Shown here: in pieces, positions 13,391 to 27,124 of the stretch
Numbering within the stretch: position 1 is the stretch's first letter
Layout of the letters: each line of letters begins with the position of its first letter
Assembly (NCBI GenBank): GCA_964016885.1
Contig: OZ024755.1
Location: 22,382,001-22,446,000 of the forward strand
Reading direction: 5' to 3'
Source of the DNA: Eledone cirrhosa
Lineage: Eukaryota
DNA length: 64,000 bases
Program-made: the position numbers and the translations under genes
The notes under the pieces: model-generated
What the model was told of the DNA's origin: nothing
The model's database searches: none
Seen by the model: the letters and a program-made list of their open reading frames with translations, nothing else

Positions 13391-14838
13391 CTGACATTGT
13401 AACCACATATCCATAGTATTGGAGCAGTGATATCTCAATTCAGAGAAGTAGTGGCTCTACCTGGAGCAACTCTCTGATCTCCAAGCTAGTGCTTAGCTTG
13501 GGATCAAGTCAATGTTCTTAACAAAATAGCAAAGAAAAATAAGGGTTTTGTACTGGTATGTCTTTTAACCCCTGTCGTCTGTGTGTTATAGATTTTACAC
13601 GTCTGTGTACTGGAGATGTGATCTCTTGATGTGAAGTAGCCGCTTCACCTGGAGTGATTATTCCACCAGCTCCAACAATTTTTGCTCTGCCCTCTGTGTG
13701 CTATAGATGTACTGGTATGTTTTAGTTTAGTTTGAGAAACACAAGTTCAAAGTAGATAACCAAATTATCTTTTTTATTTAAAAAAATATTTTTGAAAAAT
13801 GCATAAATGAACGTGTAATTCTACCAAAAATGGCACTAGCCCTCAAAAAGTTAACAACTGTAGTATTATACCTGTTTGGTGGGTATAAATGAAAAACAAA
13901 TATAAAGTCAGTATTTTGTGTGTTTTTATGATTCTTAGAAATTTGAAGCAAGGAAATGATAAATATTATTATTAAAAGCAAATGTTTGATGCAATTTGTA
14001 AACAGTTTTCAAAGTACAGAACAGCATTACATAAAATATAAGATAATGTTTCTTTTTATGTTTAACTCATTCTTAGATGATATGTAATATTCTGACTTTG
14101 AAATGCTATTAGTTGTCTTAATACACCAACAAACTGTTTTATTATATTTACTAACTGACTGTGTCCTGGGACATCATTCTTGCCAGACGAAGACTACACG
14201 TTATTGTCCGTACAGTTCACAGGGCAAAACTTTCTGTCAGCACGCTTCTTCCTTGGCATGTCTCAAACACTGAATAACCCATTTTCAAGAGGCTTTTACA
14301 TAAATACATGCATACATACATGCAAGCACACATAAACAGATACACACATTCTCACACACATTCACACCTATTAGTTAATCATATATCAATGTGTTTTCAT
14401 AGATAAGCTTGGTTGTCCCTGTAACATCTTGCTAAAGTAACAACAACAACAACAACAACAACAACAAGTCACTACCCCATCTGTTTATGTATGTGAAATA
14501 CTGTTGAGAATGACTACTGCAATAGTTTTATATTCAAACAAAGTCAATTTGTTTGTTAGATATTCCTTTTACTGTCACACGGCCGTTGATTTGTGCAAAC
14601 TAAACTGTCGTACAGGCTTCCTTTTTACTTTATCAAATATTCTCTTGTACCTATCAGACTTTTCACTTTAGTCCTACATAACATTCTCCTTTTCATTCAT
14701 TTCCCCCCTATCTTGTTCTCATTGAAATTCACAAAATTTCTTTATATCTGAACACACTAGCCTATTTACAGGCATTACATTTACCCTGCTCTTATAATCT
14801 CCTTACACTGTTAGACTAGTGTGAGAAACGGAACCTCC

Positions 14839-14869
<31 letters not shown>

Positions 14870-15011
14870 GTTGTGTGTGTGTGTGTGAGTGTTTTTGAGG
14901 GAATTAGAGAGAGTGTGTGTGTGTTTGAGGGGGTTAGAGAGATTGTGTGCGTGTTTGAGGGAGTTAGTGTGTGTGTGCGTATGTGTGTGTGTTTGAGGGG
15001 GTTAGAGAGAA

Positions 15012-15061
<50 letters not shown>

Positions 15062-15649
15062 GGGCATGTGCGTTTTCGTATGTGCTTACGCTATTATACT
15101 AGTGTGAGTAACTGGGCCTCCCTCTGTGTATATGCATGTTTGTATGAGGGGGAGAGAGAGAGTGTATGTGTGTGTACATGTATGTGCTTGTATGCACGTG
15201 TTTCAATAAGACAGAAGCATTTTACTCAGTTGGTGATGAACCAGAATTCTTGAAACATTTGGATCTCAATTTCAAGTTCTAGTGCTGATGTCAAAATAAA
15301 GTATTTCTGATTGTAATGACACACTAATTGGAGACAGAAGGTGACATTGTATGGAATAAAGTTATATAAGTTGTGTCTGACCTTTGAGAAATGACAACTA
15401 ATAACTGCTTCCATTCATAAAGAAATTATAAATTGGCATAGACTATGTACATGTGATTCACCTACATACCTCCAGTAATTTATTTCTACCACTGGTCAAC
15501 GTAATGATAGCTGACCAACCAACCAACTAACCAACCACTTATTATTTCCTTTAGCTGTAGCTGAACCGCCAGTGATTTCTACCACTGGTCAAGTTAATCA
15601 TAGCTGACCAACTAGTCACTAGCCAGCCATCACTAATATTGATCTTTAA

Positions 15650-15853
15650 CCCTTTAGCATTTAAACCGATTGTATCTGGCCAGAATTCTCTCGCCACTTT
15701 CTGTTCAAACTGGCCATAACTTGCTACTCATACTGATGTTAAGGTATTGTTCTCAAAATAAATAATATCAAAATCTCATATATTTGATATTATGTGAGAT
15801 AAAGCCTTTACCATGAAAATATAATAGTATATATAGAGTAATGAAAATGCTAA
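15650..15853 (-). mobile_element. piggyBac-type MITE, inverted copy
   Basis: TTAA-CCCTTTAGCATTTA start; body is the reverse complement of 12315-12521; right TIR degenerate. Confidence 0.8.
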
Positions 15854-16065
15854 GACTTCTTAGGGGTTTCAAGACATTATTTTATTTAATTGTCTGTTTA
15901 ATAGTTAAAACTTATGAATACAACTAAAACAAGTAGCTAAATACTATAACAACTATAACACTATATATAACAACAGTGGTAAGAAACTCTCAGGAGAGCT
16001 GGACAGCAGAAGGTCTTTTGCGAAGAAATCCCTCTCAAGCAAGTGTTTCCACCCTTAATTTCTGA

Positions 16066-16156
16066 AACACTATATATAACAACACTATATATAACAACAC
16101 TATATATAACAACACTATATACAACAACACTATATATAACAACACTATATATAACA
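16066..16156. repeat. 15-bp minisatellite (aacactatatataac) x ~6
   Basis: Direct tandem copies. Confidence 0.9.
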
Positions 16157-16669
16157 TCTAGTTAAACACTTTCAGGAAGTTTCCAAAATCTAACTAATAA
16201 AGCAGTCATTTTTCCAGTTAACAGAACCAACGTATATTTGTTTATCTACATGATTCTGTATTCCTTCATTTATAGATTTGTGTGTTAGCTACATTTGTTA
16301 CAGAAGTTAATGAACATATTTTTGTGTAATTATTATTTTAGTTTCGAGCAATGTATACTCTATCGAAACTCAGTAAATATATAGGGACTAAATTATAATG
16401 GATCGCTCACCTGACTTTGATGTTTAAAGAAAAGAAAATCAATTGTCATATGTTAACAGCTTAAAAACCATTAAGTGGCAATAAGTCAGGTTTTAGCTAT
16501 CATTTGCTCTTCTTCAACATGTCATTTCTTAATGATTGATGACCAAACAGCTCACACTATGAAATAAAATTTGTTAAAGATATAGGTGATTTAAGGTAGT
16601 TTCTTTGCGTTTATGTAAACATATTTATCTATTTAGGAGCAGTGTTTGTCTCCCTTCTTGCTGGGTTGG

Positions 16670-16996
16670 TCACATCTCTCATCTTAGAGACAACAGGTGG
16701 GCTATCAGAGTGACAGAGTGGACACCTGGCCTGGTTTGGCCACATCCCTCATCTTAGAGACATCAGGTGGACTGTTAGAGCGGCAGAGTGGACCTGGCCT
16801 GGCCACGTCTCTTGATTCAGAGACCACAGGTGAACTATCAGAGTGACAGAGTGAACACCTGGCCTGGCCATATCTCTTGTTTCAGAGACCACAGGTGAAC
16901 TATCAGAGTGACAGAGTGAACACCTGGCCTGGCCATATCTCTTGTTTCAGAGACCACAGGTGAACTATTAGAGTGACAGTGTGGACTTGGCCTGGC
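16670..16996. repeat. ~65-bp minisatellite, ~5 copies
   Basis: gagaccacaggtgaactatcagagtgacagagtgaacacctggcctggccatatctcttgtttca recurs at ~16820, 16885 and 16950, with degenerate copies upstream. Confidence 0.85.
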
Positions 16997-17954
16997 AGTG
17001 GAGAAGAACCAGAGGGCAGCCAAAGGCCAGGTGGTACAACAATCTGACTTGATACCTTGACCCTACATAGCCCAATATCATCAGAGATAGGAAGTGGTAG
17101 AGGTCAACAAGGGAGGGTTCTTCCAACAGGAGTGAGAAGGCCCTGGATTTAATGAAAATGAACTCTGAACTGAACTGGTATTTTTAAATGGATTTTTTTT
17201 GTCCCTTCATTTTTTTTCAACTCTTTAGTCATGGTTGGGAAAGGCAGCACTCATAATGCTTTTCAACCTCCCACCCCAGACTGAGGGAAAAGGACTTTTT
17301 CATCAAATTGGTGATCTGGCTTAAATGCTTTCAACAGAGTGGATTACTCTACAATCACCTAAGGGCCATGGAAGAAATTAAGTCTACCCTTGCCCCTCCC
17401 AGGACTGCTGAGAGTCAATACTGTTTTATGTTTGTTTGCTTCATCATACATCTGCAATGAGGAGGGAATTCCAGAGGCTTAACATTTTGGGGAAGAAGGG
17501 ATTAGTGCAGGGTCTTGGCAATCCGATAGAGTAGGGGTAATGTGAGATGGGAGTGTCAGTTGTGCCTGGGTAAATGTGAAATTCGTGTAGCTAATTAACT
17601 AATTAAGGCATGTAGCTAATTAAGGCTGATGAAACTGGAATAGTGTGTATCTGAGTGTGAAAGAAATCTGACAAAATGAATAAAAACTGCTGTAAACGTG
17701 ACAATGTTTCTCAAATCTGCTCAGAAATTTGATAAAATATATTACAGAACTAAATGCTGTAGGTAAATTAGTCTTATCCCTCTCTTCTCTGTATGGCAGA
17801 TTGACAGATTCATTAGAGAAGTGGTGGGACTATGTGTCTATCAAGCTGCATGTGGCTCTTTAGCTTATCTCAAGTGACTCTTAGGCACTCTGAAATTTTT
17901 TATTTTATTTATATTTATTTAATTATTTATTTATCATTATTATTTTGTTTTTAG

Positions 17955-18142
17955 GAGGGCGGTGAATTGGTAGTATCGGTAGAGGGTCGGACGCCATGCT
18001 TTCCAGCATAGTTACGTCCCTTTATGGTCTGAGTTCAAATCCTGCCGAGGTTAACTTTGCCTTTCATCCTTACGGAGTCGATAAAATAAAGTACCAGTAA
18101 TGTACTGGGTAATTTGCTGGCCTTGTGCCAAAAGTAGAAACA
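17955..18142 (+). mobile_element. Full-length family-A tRNA SINE with 19-bp TSD
   Basis: A-box-like tggtagtatcgg, B-box gagttcaaatcc; ATTATTATTTTGTTTTTAG at 17936-17954 and 18143-18161. An older copy follows at 18161-18290. Confidence 0.9.
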
Positions 18143-19042
18143 ATTATTATTTTGTTTTTAGTTCAGATCCTTGTGAGGTTTATGGTGTTGATAAAATAAA
18201 GAACCAGTAAAGCACTGGATTTAATTTAATCGACTTTTCCCCTTCCATTTAAATTGCTGGCCTTGTACCAAAATAGAAACAATTATTATTATGTCTTTGA
18301 GTCGTTTGTTTTCATTTCATATTGCCATATTCAAAGCATGGTCATGATGTTTATGATGTTACTTCGAGGACTGGACCCTCTGTAGTGTATGATGTTACAG
18401 TAAGGACAGCACCCTATGTAGCATATCATCTTACATTAAGGGCAGCCCTCTCTGTAGTGTATGAGGTTATATTGAAGATAGCCCTCTCTAGTATATCTGT
18501 AGGGTTGTTTTTTTCAAGTTCTCGTAAGATGAAGTTTTCTGGAATTTTTTGGGTGAATTTTTCCAGCCTCTTTTTTATTAATACAAGCCCTCCCTCACTA
18601 CATGATCTTAGATTTTTTCTGTAAACTTAACTAAACGGTCAACATACAGGTTGTATCTTTGGCATTTTTCTTTATAATGTCTAGCCTGTTTGATTTAATT
18701 TTCTTTTTTTTTTTCTGCATTGGCTTGTCCCATAGGAAAAACATTGTTGGGGATGATATAGGAGAAAGACAGTGGGTTGGTGAGGGGGATGCAGGCAATA
18801 AGGAAAAATGAAGAAGCTTGTCATGGGCTCACAAGGCCTTAAAACGTGTTGTTGTTGTTGTTGGATTTATTCTGGATTTTTGCATTCTGCATTCAACTCT
18901 TGTCGTGGTCAAATCTGCCTTTCATCCTTCTGGGTCAATAAATAAAGTAGGTGTCTTGGGCAGTGGACTGGTGGAAATGTTAGTGCAGTGAACAGGGGTT
19001 GGGGTAATTGTACTGATTCATTGCATTTTGAGTTCAAACTTA

Positions 19043-19230
19043 GATGGTAGACTTAATCCATCACCTAGTTTAACACCAGCATCTGACCCATGGATGGTAG
19101 ACTTAATCCATCACCCAATTTAATTTCACCATCTGACCCATGAGGGGTAGACTTAATCCATCACCTAGTTTAACACTAGCGTCTGACCCTTGGGTGGTAG
19201 ACTTAATTCCTCACCCAGTTTAACACCACT
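19043..19230. repeat. 50-bp minisatellite, ~4 copies
   Basis: gatggtagacttaatccatcacc(t/c)a.tttaa...atctgacccatg repeated. Confidence 0.85.
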
Positions 19231-20157
19231 GTTACCCTGACCGCTGTAGACCTTTAGTAGAATCCACTCCTGTTGCAAACATTCAGGCCAGTTCCTTGAA
19301 TTAGTGATACCTTCCTTCAACTAAATGATAAAATATTAAAATATTTTCAGTTCTAACCCTGCTTGAATTGATTGACATTGCCTTTCATCATGTTTTTCTG
19401 AGTCTATAAAATACATGCCAGTCATGTACTTTGCTTGATTTAATTCTCTATGCTCCTCTTCCAACTTTATGGCCGTATGTTAATGTAACAAAATCCTTAT
19501 GACAGAAAAGATAATGAAGCGTTATAAAATGGAAATTTGAAAAAATTTATGAGATGTTTTTTTTTCTTCATCTAAATGAAACTAAATAGATGAACATAAA
19601 CTCACTAATAAAAAAAAAAAAACTGTTACGTTCATTATTTTTCTTCCTTTATTTATTTTTTTTTTTTCATAAAATGTTTGTTAGTTGAAAATAAAGTATA
19701 AAATAAAGTCAAGTATTTGTACTGACCTAAAATTTTGAATATTGGAAAAAAGCTGTAGAAATGGTGTTTGAATCCTTGATAATTAGAACTCTTTGAAGAT
19801 GACTAATTAAATGTCAGAGTTAAGAATCTTTTACTTGTCACAAAATACATATTGATTGATTGTGTTGATTGCTAGTTTTTTTTCTCTACAAGTTACAGTG
19901 GCTCATAAACATGCTGCTTAGTTGTAGGTTCAGTAGCATTAGGGAGATGGCAGATGAAAATCCCTTAAGATGTATAGCAATAATATGTTGTTAGTGATGT
20001 TGTTTAGCCTTTATCCACACCTAGGTCAACCTGAATTGAGCAGGCCATTGATCAAATGTATCCTCTTTAACCCCAGGACAACCTATGCCATGTGAGTGAA
20101 TTTGCTATAGAAGGAAACCGAAAGGAAGCCTGTTCTCTCTTTCTCTCTCTCTCTCTG

Positions 20158-20191
<34 letters not shown>

Positions 20192-20338
20192 AGTCACTGC
20201 ATACATCATAACAACACCATTTTAAAAAGCCAGTAGTGACATTTGTTTATGTCCCTCATAAACTATACATCCTCTAACAGTTTGATGAATATTAGCAGTG
20301 TATGTATGTATGGTCTCGTAACTGTTGATAGAGCCGTA

Positions 20339-21235
20339 GTGACTTGTAGTTTAGGCTGTGGTAAATACTGTTGTCAGTTAGTAATACCAAGTCATCTGGT
20401 TGTTGTTGTGACTTGTAGTTTAGGCTGTGGTAAATACTGTTGTCAGTTAGTAATACCAAGTCATCTGGTTGTTGTGACTTGTAGTTTAGGCTGTGGTAAA
20501 TACTGTTGTCAGTTAGTAATACCAAGTCATCTGGTTGTTGTGACTTGTAGTTTAGGCTGTGGTAAATACTGTTGTCAGTTAGTAATACCAAGTCATCTGG
20601 TTGTTGTTGTGACTTGTAGTTTAGGCTGTGGTAAATACTGTTGTCAGTTAGTAATACCAAGTCATCTGGTTGTTGTTGTGACTTGTAGTTTAGGCTGTGG
20701 TAAATACTGTTGTCAGTTAGTAATACCAAGTCATCTGGTTGTTGTGACTTGTAGTTTAGGCTGTGGTAAATACTGTTGTCAGTTAGTAATACCAAGTCAT
20801 CTGGTTGTTGTGACTTGTAGTTTAGGCTGTGGTAAATACTGTTGTCAGTCAGTAATACCAAGTCATCTGGTTGTTGTGACTTGTAGTTTAGGCTGTGGTA
20901 AATACTGTTGTCAGTTAGTAATACCAAGTCATCTGGTTGTTGTTGTGACTTGTAGTTTAGGCTGTGGTAAATACTGTTGTCAGTCAGTAATACCAAGTCA
21001 TCTGGTTGTTGTTGTGACTTGTAGTTTAGGCTGTGGTAAATACTGTTGTCAGTCAGTAATACCAAGTCATCTGGTTGTTGTGACTTGTAGTTTAGGCTGT
21101 GGTAAATACTGTTGTCAGTCAGTAATACCAAGTCATCTGGTTGTTGTTGTGACTTGTAGTTTAGGCTGTGGTAAATACTGTTGTCAGTCAGTAATACCAA
21201 GTCATCTGGTTGTTGTGACTTGTAGGTTAGGTTGT
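20339..21235. repeat. 66/69-bp minisatellite, ~13 near-identical copies
   Basis: Unit gtgacttgtagtttaggctgtggtaaatactgttgtcagt(t/c)agtaataccaagtcatctggttgtt(gtt). Confidence 0.95.
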
Positions 21236-22057
21236 GTTAGACACTCTTGTTAATGCTATGATTTTTCCATAAAGCATTCATTCTTCAAATATGATCTTCT
21301 GCGCCTGTTAAATCAAACACTCCTTCAAAGTTTGATTTATTCATTTTGTTTAGACTTTTCTTGTTGTTGTCCTTGTGGTGGTGGTGGTGATGATGGCTTT
21401 TAAAATGATAAATATTATTTTGAAGTGAAGAAGGTGAAGAAGATAATTTTGAAAAAACAGAATCACCAAGAAAATCACCACCATTACTACCTCCACTGTC
21501 CTAACCACCCCACTCCCCATTTGACAGGGAGGAGGAGGAAGAGGGGGTAGAAGTAGCTGAAAAGAGATAGAGAGAGAGGAAGGATGATGATACTTTAATT
21601 TTAAATATTTACAGTTGTGTTTCTCAATGGTGAACAGTTCAATTTGTGTCTACATGTAGATCAGCAGATGCAGGTTGCAAGATGCAGAAGAAATGCTACA
21701 TATTTTGTTTTCTAAGTGCTTGTTGTTTACATACACTTCTTAACATCAATGGATTTATTGATATGGTGACCAATCTAGTTTGTTTATTATTGTGATAAGT
21801 ATAAGATGGTGGTGGCCATGGGGGAGGGAAGGGGGGGGGATTAGAGTATCAGACAGCATGTCTGGCTTCATTTAGTTAAGGTCCTTTATATTCTGAGTTC
21901 AACTTTACTTTTCGTCCATCCCTGGTTGATAAAATAAATACCTAATAAGTACTATAGTTGATATAATGGACTATGCCTCCACCTCTCCCTTCCCAACACC
22001 AAAATTATACTTATGTAAAAAAAAAAGATTATTTACTTATAATATTTCTACACTTTA

Positions 22058-22450
22058 AAGTGGTTGGCATTAGGAAGAACATCCAGCTGTAGAAACCAAT
22101 CCAAAAAATGAAATGCAATGAGAAAATCATTGTCAGCTGACTAGTCATGCCTCAGATTATGACAACCTATCTAACCCATGTGAAGTAGAAAATATACATT
22201 AAATGGTTGCACATGGATGATGATTGCTGGGTGAAGAAGTGCTAGGAAATTCCAATGGAAGGAAGCTGCAGAAGAGGAATACCAAAGAAGACCTGGATGA
22301 AAGAAAGTGGTGAGAGGTGATCTCAGATCACTTAAAGCTCACACAGGAGATAAGAAAGGAACGTGACAAGTGGAGAGATGCTGTACTGAGAAGAACCCAT
22401 CCAACCCATGCAAGCGTGGAACAACAAGCATAAAATAAAGATGATGATTG
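22058..22450 (+). mobile_element. Two adjacent degenerate RTE 3' fragments
   Basis: 22058-22210 resembles the 59255-59400 UTR; 22215-22450 resembles 9880-10100. Confidence 0.75.
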
Positions 22451-22654
22451 AATGCTCTGTTTTCTAAGAGGCCAATATTTAAAAAGAAAATAACCAACTA
22501 AGCAGACACTGCTAGTATAAGTTTTCTGTAACTTCTAACACTATGGAATCGAGCAGCTGACTTTCTGTGTTATATCAAGCTAAACAACCCTCCATCCATT
22601 ATTGATATTCTATTGTTTCAGACTGTTTCTATTTCTCAGACTTTATATAATAGT

Positions 22655-22793
22655 CGCAGGTATGGCTATGTGGTTAAGAAGCATAGGGTTTAGTTTTGGT
22701 TTTGGCACCTTGGGCAAGTTTTTTTTTACTATAGCCTCAGATCAATCAATGCCTTGTGAGTGAATTTAGTCAATAGAGATGGTGAGGAAACCC

Positions 22794-22797
<4 letters not shown>
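22655..22797 (+). mobile_element. tRNA-derived SINE (family C), internally deleted, ending in (TA)n
   Basis: Head gg(t/c)(a/g)tggct(a/g)tgtggttaagaag also at 1833; gcc(t/a)tgtgagtgaattt also at ~20087. Confidence 0.6.
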
Positions 22798-22845
<48 letters not shown>

Positions 22846-23274
22846 ATATGTTAATAAATGGAACTATATTTATAAAACCATAATTATTTTATTATATATA
22901 TATTTCAAGGGCAACCAAGGTAGTTTTGGTGCGCTTTCATCAGATAAAATACAAAATTTGTTTTATAAATGTTGACATACCTGTAGAAAAACAACCTTGA
23001 CGGTTGAAGGTTTGCTGGATATATATATGTATATTAGATATATATCACCACCCATGTCCAACACTTACCTCTGCCTGCCAGCTGGTGGAAATCTTTCCAA
23101 CTAAGAGGACCAGACAACTTATAAGTGTGTTCCCATAACCGCATGGTGCGTTTCTTCTGTATAGCATCCGACAGTAAAGGCTGTAAAGATTTCAACAGGC
23201 GTAGGACATCCTGCGAGTTTAGAGGTATTCTGTTGGCACCTGGAATCACACAGATAGAAAGATATATATGTATA

Positions 23275-24155
23275 TCATCATCATCATTTAACATCCATTT
23301 TCCACACTAGCATGAGTAGGATGGGCTGTCTCTTTGAGAGAGATCAGGTCAGGGGACCGTGATTCGCTTACACAGAACTGATTTTGGCTTGGTTTCTATG
23401 TCCTACTCCGAGGCTACCGTCTATTTTTATCGCCCTGCACTTTTTTATACAGCTGTCGTCTTTCATGCGCATCACGTGACCGTACCAACGTAGTCTTCTC
23501 TCGAGTAAACAACATCTGATCCCTCTTATTCCTAATTTCTCCCTTAGTTCGTTTATGATTTGCCGTTTACGTATATTACTATTACACATCCAGCGGAGCA
23601 TGCAAGCTTCGTTTCTCTCCTGTCTGCACACAATGCCCAGGTCTCACTGCCATGTAACATTGCTGTTCGTATGCAGGCATCATACAGCCTGCCTTTCATT
23701 TTTAGAGAGAACCCTTTAGTGGCCAATAGTGGTATAAGCTCTCTGAACTTTTTCCATCCCGTTCTGACTCTAGCTACTGTACTTTCAGAGCACCCTCCCC
23801 CACTGCTGATTTTGTCACCCAGGTAACGGAAGCTGTCCACTATTTCTATAGAACCATCTGTGCAATGGAATGAGCTAGTATTCTGTGGGCACTTGCTGCT
23901 ACTTATTGCACCAGAGCACCGGCCACATATAAAATCTATATTCTTAGTTAGTTTACCTGTGATCCCACTACATCTTTTATGTACCCATACTTTGCATTTG
24001 GGACATAAAATGGAGTTTCTGCCTACTCCTTTCCTACACACTGAGCATGGCCATTTCCCAGATGGGACCGGAGCCCTATTTTCCTTCCTACAAACTAGAA
24101 CTTTAGTCTTAGACAAGTTAACTTTAAGGCCTTTTGATTCTAGGCCATGCTTCCA
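23275..24155 (-). mobile_element. RTE-clade LINE 3' fragment with intact PHD-like finger, frameshift and internal deletion
   Basis: KWPCSVC...WVHKRC...CGRC, FRYLG, LHGSETW, RRLRWYGHVMR; (TGA)n tail at 23275; flanked by (TA)n. Confidence 0.9.
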
Positions 24156-24362
24156 TGTATGTATATATATATGTATATATATACATATATATATATATAT
24201 GTGTGTGTGTATACACCAGAATTATATATATATAGGATTATATATATGTAAATATGTGTATACACCAGGATTTTTTCATTCTGATGACTGAAAGCAAATT
24301 TTGCTTGCTTTCAAGAAACCACTGGTAAATGAAATAATTATCTTATGTTGTTTATTACATAA

Positions 24363-24400
<38 letters not shown>

Positions 24401-25849
24401 TGAGAGAGAGAGAGAGAGAAAGAAAGAGATTTATAAAAATTTCTCAACTAACAATCACAGTTACATATCGAAATCTATTATGTTCTATTGACTTAGTTTC
24501 TCTACATACCCTCGGCAGCTGAGCAGTTAACTATTTATTGGTAAGTTTATTGATCTTCTATTGGTTTACACTGTCTTAGATATTTAACCAGTCCAGGCAC
24601 TATTTGAAAAGAAAGTTGGAAATTGATTATTAGCTGTTTAAAGGAATGTTATTTTCAGCTGACAGAAACTGTGCAGCATATTAAATCAATAGAAACATAC
24701 TTAATGCTAACAATTTCTGTTTATATTTTTTACTTGGCTCACTTAGTGAAATAAGTTTCTTTTATGGAAATTTCTCTTATTTTTCATTACCTTTATTTAT
24801 TTATTTTTCTTTCGTATTTCCATGTTTTTTTTGTTTTCTTTTTTTTTTTACTTTGTGATTTATATATTTGACAATTCTACCAAATGAAAAATTTCAGTTA
24901 GCAAGTAATTATAACAACAATGTAAATTTATGTCTAATTACATTACTAATATATATATATATATACATTATATATATATATTTTATATATATACTATATT
25001 GTTAGTAACTAGGCAGTGAGGATTTGTTTCAAATGTGAACTGCTATTTGCTATTGTTAATTGAGTGCAGCTGGCTGAGTCAATAGGTTATCAGACAGTCA
25101 ATTGCGAGGTCTGTAGTTCTAATCCTTCCATCTTTCCACTGACACTATATTGTCGATGAAACTAATACACTTCATATTCACTGGTTTAGTTTACCCACCT
25201 GTAAGGCCTTATTCAATAGCCTAGCGCACCTTGCTCTACTACAAAATGGTGTAATTCACTCCTGTAAGCAACAACAGTATTGTAAATGTTATAATTATTG
25301 ATTGGTTTGCAGTGTTGAGATCAATATCTACTGTGGGAAAAGATTTGTTTTCTCATTATTGATTGGTTTTCTTTCCTGAGATGAATTTATACTGTGGGAA
25401 AAAATTTCTCTTTCAACACCGCTTTAGGAGGTGGATTAATAAGGTCTTAAAACAAAATTGTAGTATTTCTTCCAGTTAGCTGTCCTCTGAATTCAAATCA
25501 TACTCAGGTCAACTTTGCTTTTAATCCTATCTGGGTTGATAAAATAAAATGCTAGTCCAGGGCATAAGATTGCCAGAATTGTATTTAACATGGATTACTA
25601 AAGTACGTATTGGGCATTTTGAAATGGGGCCTAAATTTCATGTCCTCATGTCTGATTAAGGTCTATTACCAACTTTGGGGTAGAGGTGGTTGTTGGGGGG
25701 ATACATTTGATGTTTGGCTTGGGTATATTACCAGCTTTGGAAGTGGAGAACTGACATTTTATGTCTGGTCTGGTTCTTGTGGTGGTGGTGTTGAGGGCTC
25801 ACATTTAATAACTGGCCTGGGTCTATAACCAGCTTTCACAGACCTGATT

Positions 25850-26261
25850 ATAAAGCCAGCAATTTTGGAGAGGGGAAAGTCGATTAAATCGACCCGAGTT
25901 TGTGACTGGTATTTTATTTTATCGACCCTGTAAGGATGAAAGGCAAAGCTAATCTTGGTGGGATTTGGACTCAAAACGTAAAGAGCCGTAACTCTATGCT
26001 GCAAAGCATGTTGTCTGATGCACTACCGATACTGCCAATTCATCGCCCTAATAATAATAATAATAATTGTTTCTACTTTTTGGCACAAGGCCAGCAATTA
26101 CCCAGTGTATTACTGGTACGGTACTTGATTTTATCGACCCCCGTAAGGATGAAAGGCAAAGTTAACCTCGGCGGGATTTGAAATCAGAATGGCAAGGGCC
26201 GTAACTCTTTGCTGCAAAGCATGGCGTCCGACCCTCTATCCATACTGCCAATCCACCGCCC
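25850..26261 (-). mobile_element. Two tandem family-A SINEs followed by (AAT)n
   Basis: Reverse-complement family-A copies at ~25850-26048 and ~26064-26261. Confidence 0.9.
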
Positions 26262-26263
26262 TA

Positions 26264-26306
<43 letters not shown>

Positions 26307-26645
26307 GCAACAGCTATTGTTTTCTATACATACACTAACCCTAGACACAGCTTCCTAGCATCTTGAACATGAAATTAAATGAAAATTGGAAACTATATTT
26401 ATGCCTTTGTTCTTTGTTTGTAATAATCACCTACTTATAAAAGATATTGAGGTGGGTTACTAGTAGCATGATGGGCTTGATAATTTAGAATGGTAGATTA
26501 CAGGACTTGCCAAATTAACTCTTTACTGTTTATATAAATAGTAGAACTACTGCAATGAGTCACACTAAAAGTCATAGAAAACTCCTTAAAGAGACCAATG
26601 CATGCATGTGTTTATACATATGTTGATGATAATGATATCTATCTA

Positions 26646-26728
<83 letters not shown>

Positions 26729-27059
26729 TGCAGTACCAGGAAGAAAGATTATTAGAAGCTGTGTGTGTGTGTGTGAGTCACGGGTTCAATTACAGGTCAC
26801 CACAGTTAGTAAGGTACTCAATACATTAGTAGAGTGTAAGCATCAAGTTTAATATAGAAATGGCTTCTGCATGACTAGAACTGTTTCATTCAGAAGAAAT
26901 CATCAGGAAAGCTGGTTTTTCTGTTCAAATTCTAGCTGTCTGATGTGGTCATAGCTGTTGCATAATGGTTATCACTGAAATATATATATTAATATATATG
27001 AATAAATTAATATATATGAATAAATGAAGTTAATTTTAACCTGTTGACTTACAATTCTT

Positions 27060-27124
<65 letters not shown>

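Noticed and set aside
17305-17360. DL..AFNRVD-like RT motif
   Set aside because: Needs a frameshift and has no other supporting motif nearby.
17626-17670. CTGATGA...GAAA hammerhead candidate
   Set aside because: No convincing stem II or III and no cleavage triplet.
17955-18050. SINE heads as tRNA genes
   Set aside because: Only A/B-box similarity, no cloverleaf, and always attached to the SINE body.
20339-21235. CRISPR-like array
   Set aside because: Units are contiguous with no unique spacers; eukaryotic context; no cas genes.
22905-22948. Minus-strand CTGATGA motif
   Set aside because: No stem II and no GAAA in register.
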